Shown here: piece after piece, positions 1-9,558 of the stretch
How the letters are laid out: each line of letters begins with the position of its first letter
Position numbering within the stretch: position 1 is the first letter of the stretch
Source of the DNA: an uncultured Verrucomicrobiae bacterium
Lineage (GTDB): Bacteria > Chlamydiota > Chlamydiia > Chlamydiales > Rhabdochlamydiaceae
Reading direction: 5' to 3'
DNA length: 64,000 bases
Assembly (NCBI GenBank): GCA_963806855.1
Contig: CAWDYW010000001.1
Location: 1,024,001-1,088,000 of the forward strand
Notes under the pieces: model-generated
Told to the model about the DNA's origin: nothing
Databases searched by the model: none
Seen by the model: only the letters and a program-made list of their open reading frames with translations
Made by a program: the position numbers and the translations under genes

Positions 1-504
1 CTACTCAATAATCCATATATGTACGTAGATGCTGAAGGAGAATTCGTTATACAACTATTAGCATGGGGCGTAACATTTGTTTTTCCAACATTATCTAGCA
101 TAGTCGTCCCTGTTGTATATGGAGTCGTTACCGGAGCGGTTGCATATGGAGGGTATAAGCTTATTGAGGGGCTGAATACTTGTCCAAGAACTCCATGGGA
201 TGCTCCTAGAATTTACGATGACGTGCAACGGATTTATAAATCAGAGACAGACCAAAAAAAGCCGCCGAGAACAGAACCTAAAGATCTAAGCGAACAATTG
301 GCATTAGAAGAGGCAAAAGCAAAACCACAAAATCCCGATCATGAAATTATGCCTGGCAAGATTAATGATCCCAGATATCCCAAAAAGGAATGGAAAAAAG
401 CTGAGCATATCCATAAGAATCCAGATGGATCGATAATTGATATTCATTATTGGGAAAATCGGGTTTCTGGAGAAAAACATGGTTTTAAATTTAAAAATGA
501 TTGA
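1..504 (+). CDS. C-terminal end of an Rhs-family polymorphic toxin (partial, runs off window start) with putative nuclease toxin tip
   Basis: Frame from base 1 reads LLNNPYMYVDAEGEF, a variant of the Rhs core terminal signature NNPxxxxDPxG. It is followed by a hydrophobic linker and a ~75-aa tip (EQLALEEAK...NDPRYP...IHYWEN...FKFK) of the small nuclease-toxin type. The region is AT-rich. Confidence 0.75.
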   Translation, partial: LLNNPYMYVDAEGEFVIQLLAWGVTFVFPTLSSIVVPVVYGVVTGAVAYGGYKLIEGLNTCPRTPWDAPRIYDDVQRIYKSETDQKKPPRTEPKDLSEQLALEEAKAKPQNPDHEIMPGKINDPRYPKKEWKKAEHIHKNPDGSIIDIHYWENRVSGEKHGFKFKND

Positions 505-515
505 ATTGAGGTTTT

Positions 516-1100
516 ATGAGGATTAAGTGTATTTATAATAAATGGATTGATATTCCTAAGGAAATTTATCCTATTAGTACTATTCCGAATAGAGAGTCAG
601 ATTTTTATATAGATGTGGGTGCTGAATACACTGTTTACGCAATGACAGTAAACAATGGCTATATTTGGTATTATATATCTGATAATATGTTTACATATTT
701 CCCAAGATGGAAGCCGCCATTTTTTTTTGAAGTAATTGATACGCGACTTTCAAGATATTGGATTTATACTTATAAGAAATTTGAAAATTATACCCAAGCC
801 CATCCAATATTAGCTTTTCCTGAATGGGCTAATAATCATCCAGATTTCTATGATATGCTCAGCGATAAAAATGAAGAAGAAACGACAATTTTCAAATCTT
901 ACAAAGAGTTAATGGATCTTGAATTTCCAGATCCGTCCATTTCTAAAATCGCACAAATTGGCAATTCAGAATTACTTATATGCCCTGATTGTATCAATGC
1001 CTGGGAATCATCCGATGAAAAGAATGGTATGGTCAGATGCCCTAAATGCAAAAGGATGATGCATAATCCAAGATATAGAGATCTTTGGCTTCATTTGTAA
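516..1100 (+). CDS. Putative cognate immunity protein with C-terminal zinc-ribbon (CPDC...CPKC)
   Basis: 194-aa ORF with GAGG RBS starting 11 bp after the toxin stop. The position is typical of immunity genes; function is inferred from position only. Confidence 0.55.
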   Translation: MRIKCIYNKWIDIPKEIYPISTIPNRESDFYIDVGAEYTVYAMTVNNGYIWYYISDNMFTYFPRWKPPFFFEVIDTRLSRYWIYTYKKFENYTQAHPILAFPEWANNHPDFYDMLSDKNEEETTIFKSYKELMDLEFPDPSISKIAQIGNSELLICPDCINAWESSDEKNGMVRCPKCKRMMHNPRYRDLWLHL

Positions 1101-1181
1101 ATAATTAAAAAAATGGAAAAGTCCATCCATTTATACAATTTTTATATTGGCTAATGCAAGATGAAAGATTAAAGGCTGTCT

Positions 1182-1718
1182 ATGCATGACTTAGTTTTAA
1201 TAGAAAAAATTTCTCCATCCGGTGACTGTTGGCCAAATTTAATCAGAGACAAAAAAATATTAGATCTGTCTGTAGAAGAAATAATAAATAAATATCAAGG
1301 TTTTGAAGGAGAGCTGATTTGTATTTTTAAAGTTGAAGAAAATGGGAAAGAACTCGAAAGATTTATAAACCAATCCATGAAGTTAAAAAGTCTGAGTAAC
1401 TGTTTGTTATTACATGTCATTTCTTGTTCGGATGTAATGCCCTCTTCTTTAAGAGCACAGGCAGTTTTTGTTGGCTATGATATTGGAGCCTGTGATGAAG
1501 AAAAAACCATCTATTCTTCTATATTTAATGAGGTGCTATTTGGAGGTTATGATGAACTTGTTGCATATAAAGATTTATTAAATGAAAACCTGCTTTTTCC
1601 AGATAAGGCTACAGCTAAAAGATGTGTTAACTTGCATAATGAAATGTCGGCACAAGGGAAAAATGTCGAAGATTATATGGAAATGATTATTTACGAAATC
1701 TGGAAGCATAAAGGTTAA
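1182..1718 (+). CDS. Hypothetical protein, probable orphan immunity protein
   Basis: 178-aa acidic ORF, co-oriented in the AT-rich tail of the Rhs locus. Confidence 0.5.
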   Translation: MHDLVLIEKISPSGDCWPNLIRDKKILDLSVEEIINKYQGFEGELICIFKVEENGKELERFINQSMKLKSLSNCLLLHVISCSDVMPSSLRAQAVFVGYDIGACDEEKTIYSSIFNEVLFGGYDELVAYKDLLNENLLFPDKATAKRCVNLHNEMSAQGKNVEDYMEMIIYEIWKHKG

Positions 1719-1739
1719 ATTGTTCTAGGAGGTGCTCTA

Positions 1740-1910
1740 AAGGCTCGAGAATTTGACGAGAATGGAATACCTGTTCATGATATCGATTTCAATGATCAGG
1801 CTATCCAAAAAAACATCCAAATCCTCACCAACATAGACCGAGCCCAAATCCAACAGGGGGGGGCTCCGGAGAGAGGAAAACCTGAACCTGTGCCAGAACG
1901 GAGTTATTGA
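1740..1910 (+). pseudogene. Orphan polymorphic toxin tip remnant (Ntox24-like)
   Basis: Reads KAREFDENGIPVHDIDFND / GYPKKHPNPHQHRPSPNPTGG / APERGKPEPVPERSY* across a frameshift near 1798 and a compensating one in the G8 run 1856-1863. No start codon. Its TGA overlaps the next ATG. Confidence 0.6.
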
Positions 1911-2365
1911 TGGAAACACGTGGTATTCGAATATCTGATAGTAAAGATAATGTGCTAACTGTAAGACTATCTGACATTTTGGAAGAGGTCTCCGACGGTA
2001 GTAATTTAAGTTGGTGTTGTCTATTTCTGGATGGAACTCCTAATGCCGGAGAAGAAAGTTTTGTTAATTATCATAAGAATAAAATCAACAAGTCTAAAAA
2101 TGGACTAGAACTAAATTGGCCTGAAATTAGTTCAATAGATAGAAGGTTTCATCAAATCTTCGAAATAACTATTTTAGGTTGTAAGACTCATGAATTTCTA
2201 CATCGATATGACAATGATCAAGAAATGTATCAATCGTGTGATATTGTAATCGAATTGATTGATTGCGCATTTTGGCAAATTTTTTCTAGCAACCATGAAC
2301 TAATCGATAAACTCATGGGAAAATTCAAAGAAACCGAATTATTAGATCCAGATTTTGAGAGGTAG
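1910..2365 (+). CDS. Putative immunity protein coupled to the orphan toxin tip
   Basis: ATG at 1910 overlaps the TGA (1908-1910) of the toxin remnant; ~151-aa acidic protein. Confidence 0.55.
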   Translation: METRGIRISDSKDNVLTVRLSDILEEVSDGSNLSWCCLFLDGTPNAGEESFVNYHKNKINKSKNGLELNWPEISSIDRRFHQIFEITILGCKTHEFLHRYDNDQEMYQSCDIVIELIDCAFWQIFSSNHELIDKLMGKFKETELLDPDFER

Positions 2366-2497
2366 TTGAAATGCTGATGTTTTGTCCAAAATATTTAATT
2401 TACTTAGATAAAAGAGCATTTTCACCCGGCCAAGTATTATGTCTAGGCTCTCAGCTTCAATAGAAAAAAATATAAATTGCGTCTTTGCGTTCTATTT

Positions 2498-2863
2498 TTA
2501 TTCTACCCAAACGGCCACTGCAGCGGCATAATCCTTGCAGTGGCTGATGGTGACTAATATCTGGGGTGCGTTGAATCGTTTGCTCAGCTCTTTGGACAGG
2601 TGGACTACAGGTTTGCCCTTATCGTCGGCAATGATCTCGATATCGTGCCAGCCGGCTTCAGCGCCGAAGCCGCAGCCGAGGGCCTTGACGATCGCTTCCT
2701 TGGCGGCAAAACGGCCGGCATAGCGGGGGAAGGGATCGCTGTGCATTTGGCAATACTGTTGCTCTTTGGCCGTGAAAAGACGGTCTAAGAACGGTTGCCC
2801 ATGCGCATCGAATCCATGCTGGACCCGCTCGATCTCGATTATATCATTGCCTAAGCCTTTCAT
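2498..2863 (-). CDS. acpS: Holo-[acyl-carrier-protein] synthase
   Basis: MKGLGNDIIEIERV...AGRFAAKEAIVKALG...TISHCKDYAAAVA motifs. Start at 2863 overlaps the upstream stop (ATGA). Confidence 0.95.
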   Translation of the reverse strand: MKGLGNDIIEIERVQHGFDAHGQPFLDRLFTAKEQQYCQMHSDPFPRYAGRFAAKEAIVKALGCGFGAEAGWHDIEIIADDKGKPVVHLSKELSKRFNAPQILVTISHCKDYAAAVAVWVE

Positions 2864-3924
2864 CCTTCGATACGAATTCCTTTCGTGGAGGCAAATTCCT
2901 CCATGGTGTTGCAAAATATCATTCTACCAGATGAGGTGTGTTTTACTGAAAGGACTTGTACGTCGATGCATTCTCCGATGTAATCGCCACCGCCATTCAC
3001 AACGACCATCGTTCCATCTTCAAGATAACCGACCCCTTGATTGGGTTCTTTCCCAAGGCGCTGGATCTTGATTTTCATCGATTCGCCGGCTTGCATTAAC
3101 GGCTTTAGAGCATTGGAGAGAGAATGGAGATTGATGATTTTAATTCCTTCTATCGAAGGAATCTGAGCTTGGGAGATATCGGCAGTGAGAATATTGGCAT
3201 CATTTAATCGAGCTAAGCGGAGCAGAAGGTTAAACGGCTCGCTGATATCGGTGAATTCGGTCTCTTCAAAGCGGAGTCCCAAATGGGGGATGCCTTCGAG
3301 CCGTTTCAGCGTATCGAGGCTGCGCCGCGCTTTCGATTTGTTCACCTCATCGCCCATTTCTGAGGTAGAATAGAGCTCTTTAACAAGGAAGCGGGGCATG
3401 ATGAGGGAGTTGTCAACCAGGCCGGTGGTGCTTAAGTCGAGAATGCGGGCATCGGAGAGGGCAGTAGAGTCGATGATCAGGTCTTTTTTGCGGGTTGGGG
3501 AGGAGGAGATTTTGACGAGCGGAATGCTGATGGGGATTTCATCGGCAAAGTAAACAGTTAAGAGGGTACCGAGGTAGGTGCCAAAAAGGTAGCAGCAAAC
3601 CTTCATTAGACTCAATATTTGCGAGTCCAGATTTGTTTTCATGTGGCTTAAGTCGACAACAGTGTTGAAGATGGCGATGAGGGCTAGGCCTAAAAAACTG
3701 CCTATGCCTAAACCTAAAATAATGGTGTTAAATGCTTTTAAATTGAAACGTCTAAAGACCATTTCAATACCGTAAAGGATCCCGCTGAATGCGAGACCAA
3801 CACTAAGACCAAGGAGTACTTTTTGCCATACAGGCCCAATAGGAAGAGAAACCATAAACGCAGTCATAAAGAATAGGCTTAGGATAACAAAAAATGCTCT
3901 TAAGGATACCAAAGAGATTTTCAT
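2860..3924 (-). CDS. Membrane PIN/TRAM domain protein (YacL-like)
   Basis: Four N-terminal TM helices, PIN-like IIDSTALSDARI, TRAM motif GKEPNQGVGYLEDGTMVVV...GRMIF. Confidence 0.9.
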   Translation of the reverse strand: MKISLVSLRAFFVILSLFFMTAFMVSLPIGPVWQKVLLGLSVGLAFSGILYGIEMVFRRFNLKAFNTIILGLGIGSFLGLALIAIFNTVVDLSHMKTNLDSQILSLMKVCCYLFGTYLGTLLTVYFADEIPISIPLVKISSSPTRKKDLIIDSTALSDARILDLSTTGLVDNSLIMPRFLVKELYSTSEMGDEVNKSKARRSLDTLKRLEGIPHLGLRFEETEFTDISEPFNLLLRLARLNDANILTADISQAQIPSIEGIKIINLHSLSNALKPLMQAGESMKIKIQRLGKEPNQGVGYLEDGTMVVVNGGGDYIGECIDVQVLSVKHTSSGRMIFCNTMEEFASTKGIRIEG

Positions 3925-4007
3925 ATATGTCCTCCAAATGAAATGGATATGGGGTTAGAGCATATCTGTTCTAAATGTTTTTTGTCGAAGAAATTTATTG
4001 CTAGGAC

Positions 4008-4433
4008 CTATTTGTGGTAGCCCGTTCCCTTGTAGATCTCGAAGGCGCGGTAAATTTGTTCGATGAGGATCAGTCGAGTCAGTTGATGGGTGAAGGTCAT
4101 TTTGGAGAGGCTGATTTTGGCCAGGGCCCTCTCTGATATTTCAGGGGGAATTCCTTCAGCGCCGCCGATGACAAAATTCAGGCGCGAGCCTTTGGCCTCG
4201 AGGGATTGGATGAGCCAGGTAGAAAAATCTTCACTCGTAAACATTTTGCCGCCTGGTTCTAGAGCGATAAAAGAGTGCTCTTTATGCAAATGGGCCTCTA
4301 GCTGAAGGTCATCTTTAACTAGCATCCATTCAATTGACAGGATTGGACTCAGCCGTCTACTATATTCGTCAAGGGCCTCTTTCAACCAGGCCTCTTTTGT
4401 TTTGCCGATGGAAAAAATTTTAACTTTATACAT
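4008..4433 (-). CDS. rlmH: 23S rRNA (pseudouridine1915-N3)-methyltransferase
   Basis: SPOUT motifs FVIGGAEG, SLSKMTFTHQLTRLILIEQIYRAF...YHK. Confidence 0.95.
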   Translation of the reverse strand: MYKVKIFSIGKTKEAWLKEALDEYSRRLSPILSIEWMLVKDDLQLEAHLHKEHSFIALEPGGKMFTSEDFSTWLIQSLEAKGSRLNFVIGGAEGIPPEISERALAKISLSKMTFTHQLTRLILIEQIYRAFEIYKGTGYHK

Positions 4434-5292
4434 TTACTGGAATCCTGCTCGTGAGATTCTTCCTTGGAACATTCCGTTTTTAGATCGCCCTATTCTTTGG
4501 TATGGTTTTTTCTTCGCCTTGGGCTTTTTGCTTAGCTTTCGAGTATTTCAATCGCTTCTCAAAGAATTTTTGCAACCTTATCAGATTTCTCTCAAAGAAA
4601 TTCTAAAAATAGCCGAAAAGGCCAGCTTTTACGTCATCATCGGGACAATCGTCGGCGCACGCCTGGGCGATGTCTTATTTTATCAAAATTTGGGCCAGGT
4701 TGTCCATCATCCTCTTGATATCATCAAATTTTGGGGAGGGGGATTGTCGAGCCACGGGGGGGTGATCGGCATTTTGGTCAGCTTAGCGATTTTTTCCATT
4801 CGACTTAGGAAAAAATATCCTGTTCTAACTTGGATCGCGATGCTCGATCTGCTCAGCATTCCAGCACTCTTGGCCGGTTCGTTTATTCGAGTGGGGAATT
4901 TCTTCAATCAAGAGATCTTAGGTCTGCCCACCACACTTCCCTGGGCGATTGTCTTTGGAAACCCTGTAGATGGGAGTCAGATTGTCCCTCGCCATCCCTC
5001 TCAGCTTTATGAGTCTATTTTCTATTTCGTCTTTTTTATTGTCCTTTGGAAGCTAAGGACAAAAAATCCGAGAGTCTTTCTTTTGGGGAAAACCTCAGGG
5101 CTCTTTTTTATGGGGACCTTTGCCTTTCGGTTTTTGATCGAGTTTGTGAAATCGCCCCAAAGCGCTCTATTGCATCCGGGAGCGGTTCTTGACATGGGAC
5201 AATGGCTGAGTATTCCGATGATCTTAATCGGCGCCGTTCTCTTTTTCCGTGACCAAGATAGTCTGCGTTCTCGCCCGGTTAAAGGGCATTAG
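4408..5292 (+). CDS. lgt: Prolipoprotein diacylglyceryl transferase
   Basis: WYG, GARLG, GGLSSHGG, RVGNFFNQEILG, RHPSQLYE, FRFLIEFVK, MGQWLS motifs. Confidence 0.95.
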   Translation: MEKILTLYIYWNPAREILPWNIPFLDRPILWYGFFFALGFLLSFRVFQSLLKEFLQPYQISLKEILKIAEKASFYVIIGTIVGARLGDVLFYQNLGQVVHHPLDIIKFWGGGLSSHGGVIGILVSLAIFSIRLRKKYPVLTWIAMLDLLSIPALLAGSFIRVGNFFNQEILGLPTTLPWAIVFGNPVDGSQIVPRHPSQLYESIFYFVFFIVLWKLRTKNPRVFLLGKTSGLFFMGTFAFRFLIEFVKSPQSALLHPGAVLDMGQWLSIPMILIGAVLFFRDQDSLRSRPVKGH

Positions 5293-6642
5293 GGGCAACA
5301 TTTTTTTACAAAGGCTTTCGATCTTTTCGATGAGCAGATTTGGCGAAAGATTGAGTGGCTGCAATATCGCCTTATGCCAGCGGATGAACCGATCAAAAGT
5401 TGCTGTCTCTTCTCCAAAACCTTGGGTATACCAGAGATATTTTAGATAGATCCAAGCGCGGGTTTCCACCTCTTTGGCAAAAGCGATCAGATGGGGGTGC
5501 CTTTCGAGAAAGCGCTGGTGCACTTCTGCGCAGATTCCTTGGAGGTTCTTCCCCTTCCAGCTCTTTTCCACTTCTTTGAAGAGAGCAGAATCGTGGTTGA
5601 GGCGTATCCAACGTTGAAGCATATCCCCTTGGATCGTCCAGTTCTGGATTTTTCTTTCGATTTCTTCTTCCTCAATATCTTTTAGAGCGTTTGTTGCCTT
5701 TTGAAAGAATATGAAGACCTCTTCGATCACGGCTTCCGCAGACAGATGCGGTGCGTCGATCAGGGTATGCGCGAGCTCGCTTTTCAGACATTTTGCAGTC
5801 GGATAGGGGATCCTCTCGAGCACTTTTTCCATTCTCTGCGAAGTGGTGTGGCCTTGCTCAGCGATTAACGCAGTTAACATTTTTCGAATTTGTGCAGGGG
5901 AATATGTAAGTGTGATGGACTGGAGTTGGACCAGTCTCTTTTGCACATGAAAGGCAAGTTCCGCTTGAGAGATTTCGGGGTGCTTTGCGGTGATCTCCAA
6001 GACCGACTTCACAATCAGCTTGTCCACTTTTTCATTTTCATCATAGGGGCTTTTTGAATGTTCGGGTGAAAGCTGGGTAAAAAGGTGCCGTTGGAGAGAC
6101 CAAATCGTTCGAGTTAGCTGATCGAGCTTAGGACGAATCCCGTCGACAACAGCGACGCACTCACTCATTTTAATTGCCAATTGATGGGCGTAGTGGCAAG
6201 GGTGCAAATTGCAAGTGTTTTGCAACTTTGGCGTCGTCTTGAGATTTTCCTTGATGAAGAAGGGGATGTTCAGTTTCCCGTCTTGCGTTAAAGCCTCTTT
6301 TTGCCCTTGAATTTGCGTCGAGAAATATTGCACTTTTTCCCAAGTTTTTTTCAGCGCAGTGATTCCCAAACGATAACGGGGAAAGCGTTGTTGAAATTCA
6401 GGGGCAATCTTTTGCAAGAGCTCATCTTGTAGTTGGACAGACCATTTCTTCGAGTTGCTGCAATGGCGCATTTCTCGTTTAATTTTTTGCGACAGAAAAA
6501 TATTCAGTTCAGAATAAGGATCGTGAAATTCGGGACTCTCATCAATTGCATCGAGCAGACCAGGATGATGCAACTCTTTTTTTTGCATCACACGATCTTC
6601 GATCTCATCGTTTAAGAATTTTTTTGAATGTCTTCTGGCCAT
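5224..6642 (-). CDS. Hypothetical protein (472 aa, helical)
   Basis: Long uninterrupted ORF with no recognised motif. Its 3' end overlaps the lgt 3' end. Confidence 0.7.
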   Translation of the reverse strand: MARRHSKKFLNDEIEDRVMQKKELHHPGLLDAIDESPEFHDPYSELNIFLSQKIKREMRHCSNSKKWSVQLQDELLQKIAPEFQQRFPRYRLGITALKKTWEKVQYFSTQIQGQKEALTQDGKLNIPFFIKENLKTTPKLQNTCNLHPCHYAHQLAIKMSECVAVVDGIRPKLDQLTRTIWSLQRHLFTQLSPEHSKSPYDENEKVDKLIVKSVLEITAKHPEISQAELAFHVQKRLVQLQSITLTYSPAQIRKMLTALIAEQGHTTSQRMEKVLERIPYPTAKCLKSELAHTLIDAPHLSAEAVIEEVFIFFQKATNALKDIEEEEIERKIQNWTIQGDMLQRWIRLNHDSALFKEVEKSWKGKNLQGICAEVHQRFLERHPHLIAFAKEVETRAWIYLKYLWYTQGFGEETATFDRFIRWHKAILQPLNLSPNLLIEKIESLCKKMLPLMPFNRARTQTILVTEKENGAD

Positions 6643-6777
6643 AGGGTTCTATACGTTTTTTAATATGAAATTCCCGGTGTACATGTTTAAAGAATTTTTT
6701 GTCATCAAAATTTTTTTTATTTGTTGAGATTTATTTTGGTTCCTAAGATACTTTAGGTTGGAACGGAGGGTTTTCCA

Positions 6778-7239
6778 ATGAATCAAATTACTATAGCTGG
6801 ACACTTAGGTGCTGATCCCGAAGTGCGATTTACATCATCAGGTCAAAAAGTGACAACATTACGCGTTGCTGCACGGGTGCGCCGCGGCTCAAAAGGGGAT
6901 GACACGATTTGGTGGAAAGTTACCGTGTGGGGAGATCAATTTGATAAAATGATTCCCTTCTTTAAAAAGGGTAGCCCGATCATCGTCTTCGGCGAATTGA
7001 GTAAGCCTGAAATTTTCACCGATCGCGATGGACGCCCACAAGTTTCGATGAACATCACCGCTCATAATATCCTCTTCAGCCCATTTGGCAGACCCGATAG
7101 TCAAAATGATGAGCAAGAAGAGGGGCATCAAGGATTTGGTGGCCAGCAGCAGCAGCAGCAACAGCAACCGAAAAAACAATTTGGCCAAGCAAATGAGCGG
7201 CCGGTTGAGAACTTTGCAGATGAGGAAATTCCATTCTAA
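6778..7239 (+). CDS. ssb: Single-stranded DNA-binding protein
   Basis: GHLGADPEVRFTSSG OB-fold start, Q/G-rich linker, acidic tip DEEIPF, GGAGG RBS. Confidence 0.96.
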   Translation: MNQITIAGHLGADPEVRFTSSGQKVTTLRVAARVRRGSKGDDTIWWKVTVWGDQFDKMIPFFKKGSPIIVFGELSKPEIFTDRDGRPQVSMNITAHNILFSPFGRPDSQNDEQEEGHQGFGGQQQQQQQQPKKQFGQANERPVENFADEEIPF

Positions 7240-8687
7240 TGCCGATCAAAATCGTAGAATCTCTTGCTAAAAGAAAGGCCGGCGATGCGCTGATCCTCCC
7301 TTTTTTTGAAGGGAAGGCTCCCGCTTTTACCAATCATAAAGGCATTACGAACCTCTACGAAGCACCGCTGAAGAGCGGCGACTTTCGTGGAGAAAAGGAG
7401 ACCGTCCTTTGCCATTACCCAATGGAGGGAGTGGAGAAAAGGGTGGTTCTCGTTGGCCTTGGGAAGGAAGCTGGTCTAACGAAAGAGACGCTGCGAAGAG
7501 CCTATGCCAGCGCCATCGGATGCATTAAAGCCAAGGTGAATTCGGTTAACGTTTTGCTGCCCGAGACATCAGCACTCGAACTCAAGGCAATCTCTGACGC
7601 TGTGGTCGAGGGGGTACTCCTCGCCAATTATGTCTATAATGTCAACAAGACAGAAAAAGATAAGGCGATTGAAGAGATCTCCTTTATCGGTGGCGATGTC
7701 AAGGCGATGAAGCGAGCAGAGACGATCTGCAGTAGCGTCTATTATACCCGCGACATGATCTACGCTAACGCTGACACTGTGACGCCCGCTTTTTTGGCGG
7801 AGAAAGGCAAAGAACTGGCTGTGGAGCACACCTCGATTAAGACCACGGTGCTCAATCGAGAGCAGATTCGGAAGCAAAAACTTGGCCTCCTCGATGCAGT
7901 TTCGCGTGGCTCAGATCGGGAGCCTGCTCTTGTGATCATGGAATATCGTGGGGCGCCCAAATCGAAAGAGTGCGTCGCGATCGTAGGCAAAGGGATCAGT
8001 TTTGATACCGGGGGACTCAACATCAAAACTAGCAATATGGAGACCATGCGCGATGATATGTCTGGGGCTGGGGCAGTCCTCGGAACGATCCGCAATATGG
8101 CTCTTCTCAAACTTCCGATCAATGTCATCGGGGTGCTCGCCGCCGCTGAAAATGCGATTGGCCCAGATAGCTATAAACCGGGCGACGTCTACAAAAGCTA
8201 TAGTGGGATCACCGTTGAGGTGACGAATACCGATGCCGAAGGCAGACTCGTTTTGGCCGACGCCCTCTCCTATGTCCAGAAGAAATTTTCCCCTCACAAA
8301 ATCGTCGATCTCGGCACCTTGACCGGTGGTTGCATCATTGCTCTGGGGGAAGAGGTCTCTGCCGTCATGTCGAATGACGATAAACTTGTAGACGAGCTAA
8401 TGGCAGCTGGAGAGATCACCTTTGAGCGTCTCTGGCGGTTGCCTCTTTATGAAGAGTATAATCGGCTCCTAAAATCCAAAGTGGCCGACATCAAAAACGT
8501 CGGAATTAGGAAAGCTAGCACAATTCAGTGTGGCATGTTCTTGAAGAAATTCATTGAGAAGGCGAGTTGGGCCCATATCGATATCGCCGGAACCGCCTCA
8601 CCTGACGATCTCAAGTCGTACCAGCCAGTGCAAGCATCGGGCGTCGGCGTAAGGCTCCTCACGACCTTTTTAGAGCGCTGCGTATGA
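7239..8687 (+). CDS. pepA: Leucyl aminopeptidase (M17)
   Basis: VGKGISFDTGG, DMSGAG, NTDAEGRLVLAD, WAHIDIAGT motifs. Confidence 0.95.
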   Translation: MPIKIVESLAKRKAGDALILPFFEGKAPAFTNHKGITNLYEAPLKSGDFRGEKETVLCHYPMEGVEKRVVLVGLGKEAGLTKETLRRAYASAIGCIKAKVNSVNVLLPETSALELKAISDAVVEGVLLANYVYNVNKTEKDKAIEEISFIGGDVKAMKRAETICSSVYYTRDMIYANADTVTPAFLAEKGKELAVEHTSIKTTVLNREQIRKQKLGLLDAVSRGSDREPALVIMEYRGAPKSKECVAIVGKGISFDTGGLNIKTSNMETMRDDMSGAGAVLGTIRNMALLKLPINVIGVLAAAENAIGPDSYKPGDVYKSYSGITVEVTNTDAEGRLVLADALSYVQKKFSPHKIVDLGTLTGGCIIALGEEVSAVMSNDDKLVDELMAAGEITFERLWRLPLYEEYNRLLKSKVADIKNVGIRKASTIQCGMFLKKFIEKASWAHIDIAGTASPDDLKSYQPVQASGVGVRLLTTFLERCV

Positions 8688-9508
8688 AGATTGTTGTGCC
8701 GCCCAGTGCCGATGGACAGACCCTCTTGAGTTTCCTTCGCAGCAACCTCAAAGAGTACCCTTCCGTCAAGGCGATCAAGAGAGCCATTGATGCAAAGCAG
8801 TGCAAAATCAACCGGCGTGTCGAGACCTTCTCAACCCATCCTTTGCAAGCTCATGACGAGATTGAGATCAAGTTAGCAGTTTCCAATCCAGAGCTCCCTC
8901 TAGAAGTACTCTATGAAGATGAGAGCCTCATCGCCTATAACAAACCCCCAGGAAAAACTTCAGAATCGTTTACAGAGTACTTTTTGGTCCATCGACTAGA
9001 CAAAGAGACCTCGGGTGTGATTCTTCTGGCTAAAACGGAAAGTGTGCGCGATTTACTCATCGACTCATTTGCCAATCGGCAGATGGAGAAACACTACTTG
9101 GCGATCTGTGATGGCAGAGTCTCAAAGCAGACATGGAAAGTCGACAACTTCCTCGAAAAAAAAGCCCAGTATGAAGGGGGAAGCCTCTATGGGTCGACGA
9201 AAAAAGGGGGAAAGAGGGCGATTTCACTCTTCGAAAAATTGAAATGTTGTTCGACAGCCTCTCTTTTGCAAGTGCAAATACAGACCGGAAGAACGCATCA
9301 GATCCGTGTCCACCTCAATGAAAATGGGCATCCTATTTTGGGCGATTGGCAATATGGCCATCACTTTCAATGTCCCTATCAGCCGCAGCGACAGATGCTC
9401 CACGCATGGAAAATCGCATTTACCCATCCTGTGACACAGGAAAAAATTCTCATTCAAGCACCTCACTTCAGCGACTTTCTCGAGGCTGAAAAAATGCTTG
9501 GCATCTAA
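8684..9508 (+). CDS. RluA/RluD-family pseudouridine synthase
   Basis: S4-like N-terminus, NKPPG, HRLDKETSG, TGRTHQIRVH, QMLHA motifs. Confidence 0.93.
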   Translation: MKIVVPPSADGQTLLSFLRSNLKEYPSVKAIKRAIDAKQCKINRRVETFSTHPLQAHDEIEIKLAVSNPELPLEVLYEDESLIAYNKPPGKTSESFTEYFLVHRLDKETSGVILLAKTESVRDLLIDSFANRQMEKHYLAICDGRVSKQTWKVDNFLEKKAQYEGGSLYGSTKKGGKRAISLFEKLKCCSTASLLQVQIQTGRTHQIRVHLNENGHPILGDWQYGHHFQCPYQPQRQMLHAWKIAFTHPVTQEKILIQAPHFSDFLEAEKMLGI

Positions 9509-9558
9509 TCAACGTGCACGATAACTGAAAGAGAAGGCAATCTACCTTGTTAAGGCTT

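Noticed and set aside
7144..7167. CAG/CAA tract in ssb as a contingency repeat
   Set aside because: In-frame poly-Gln in the normally low-complexity SSB linker.
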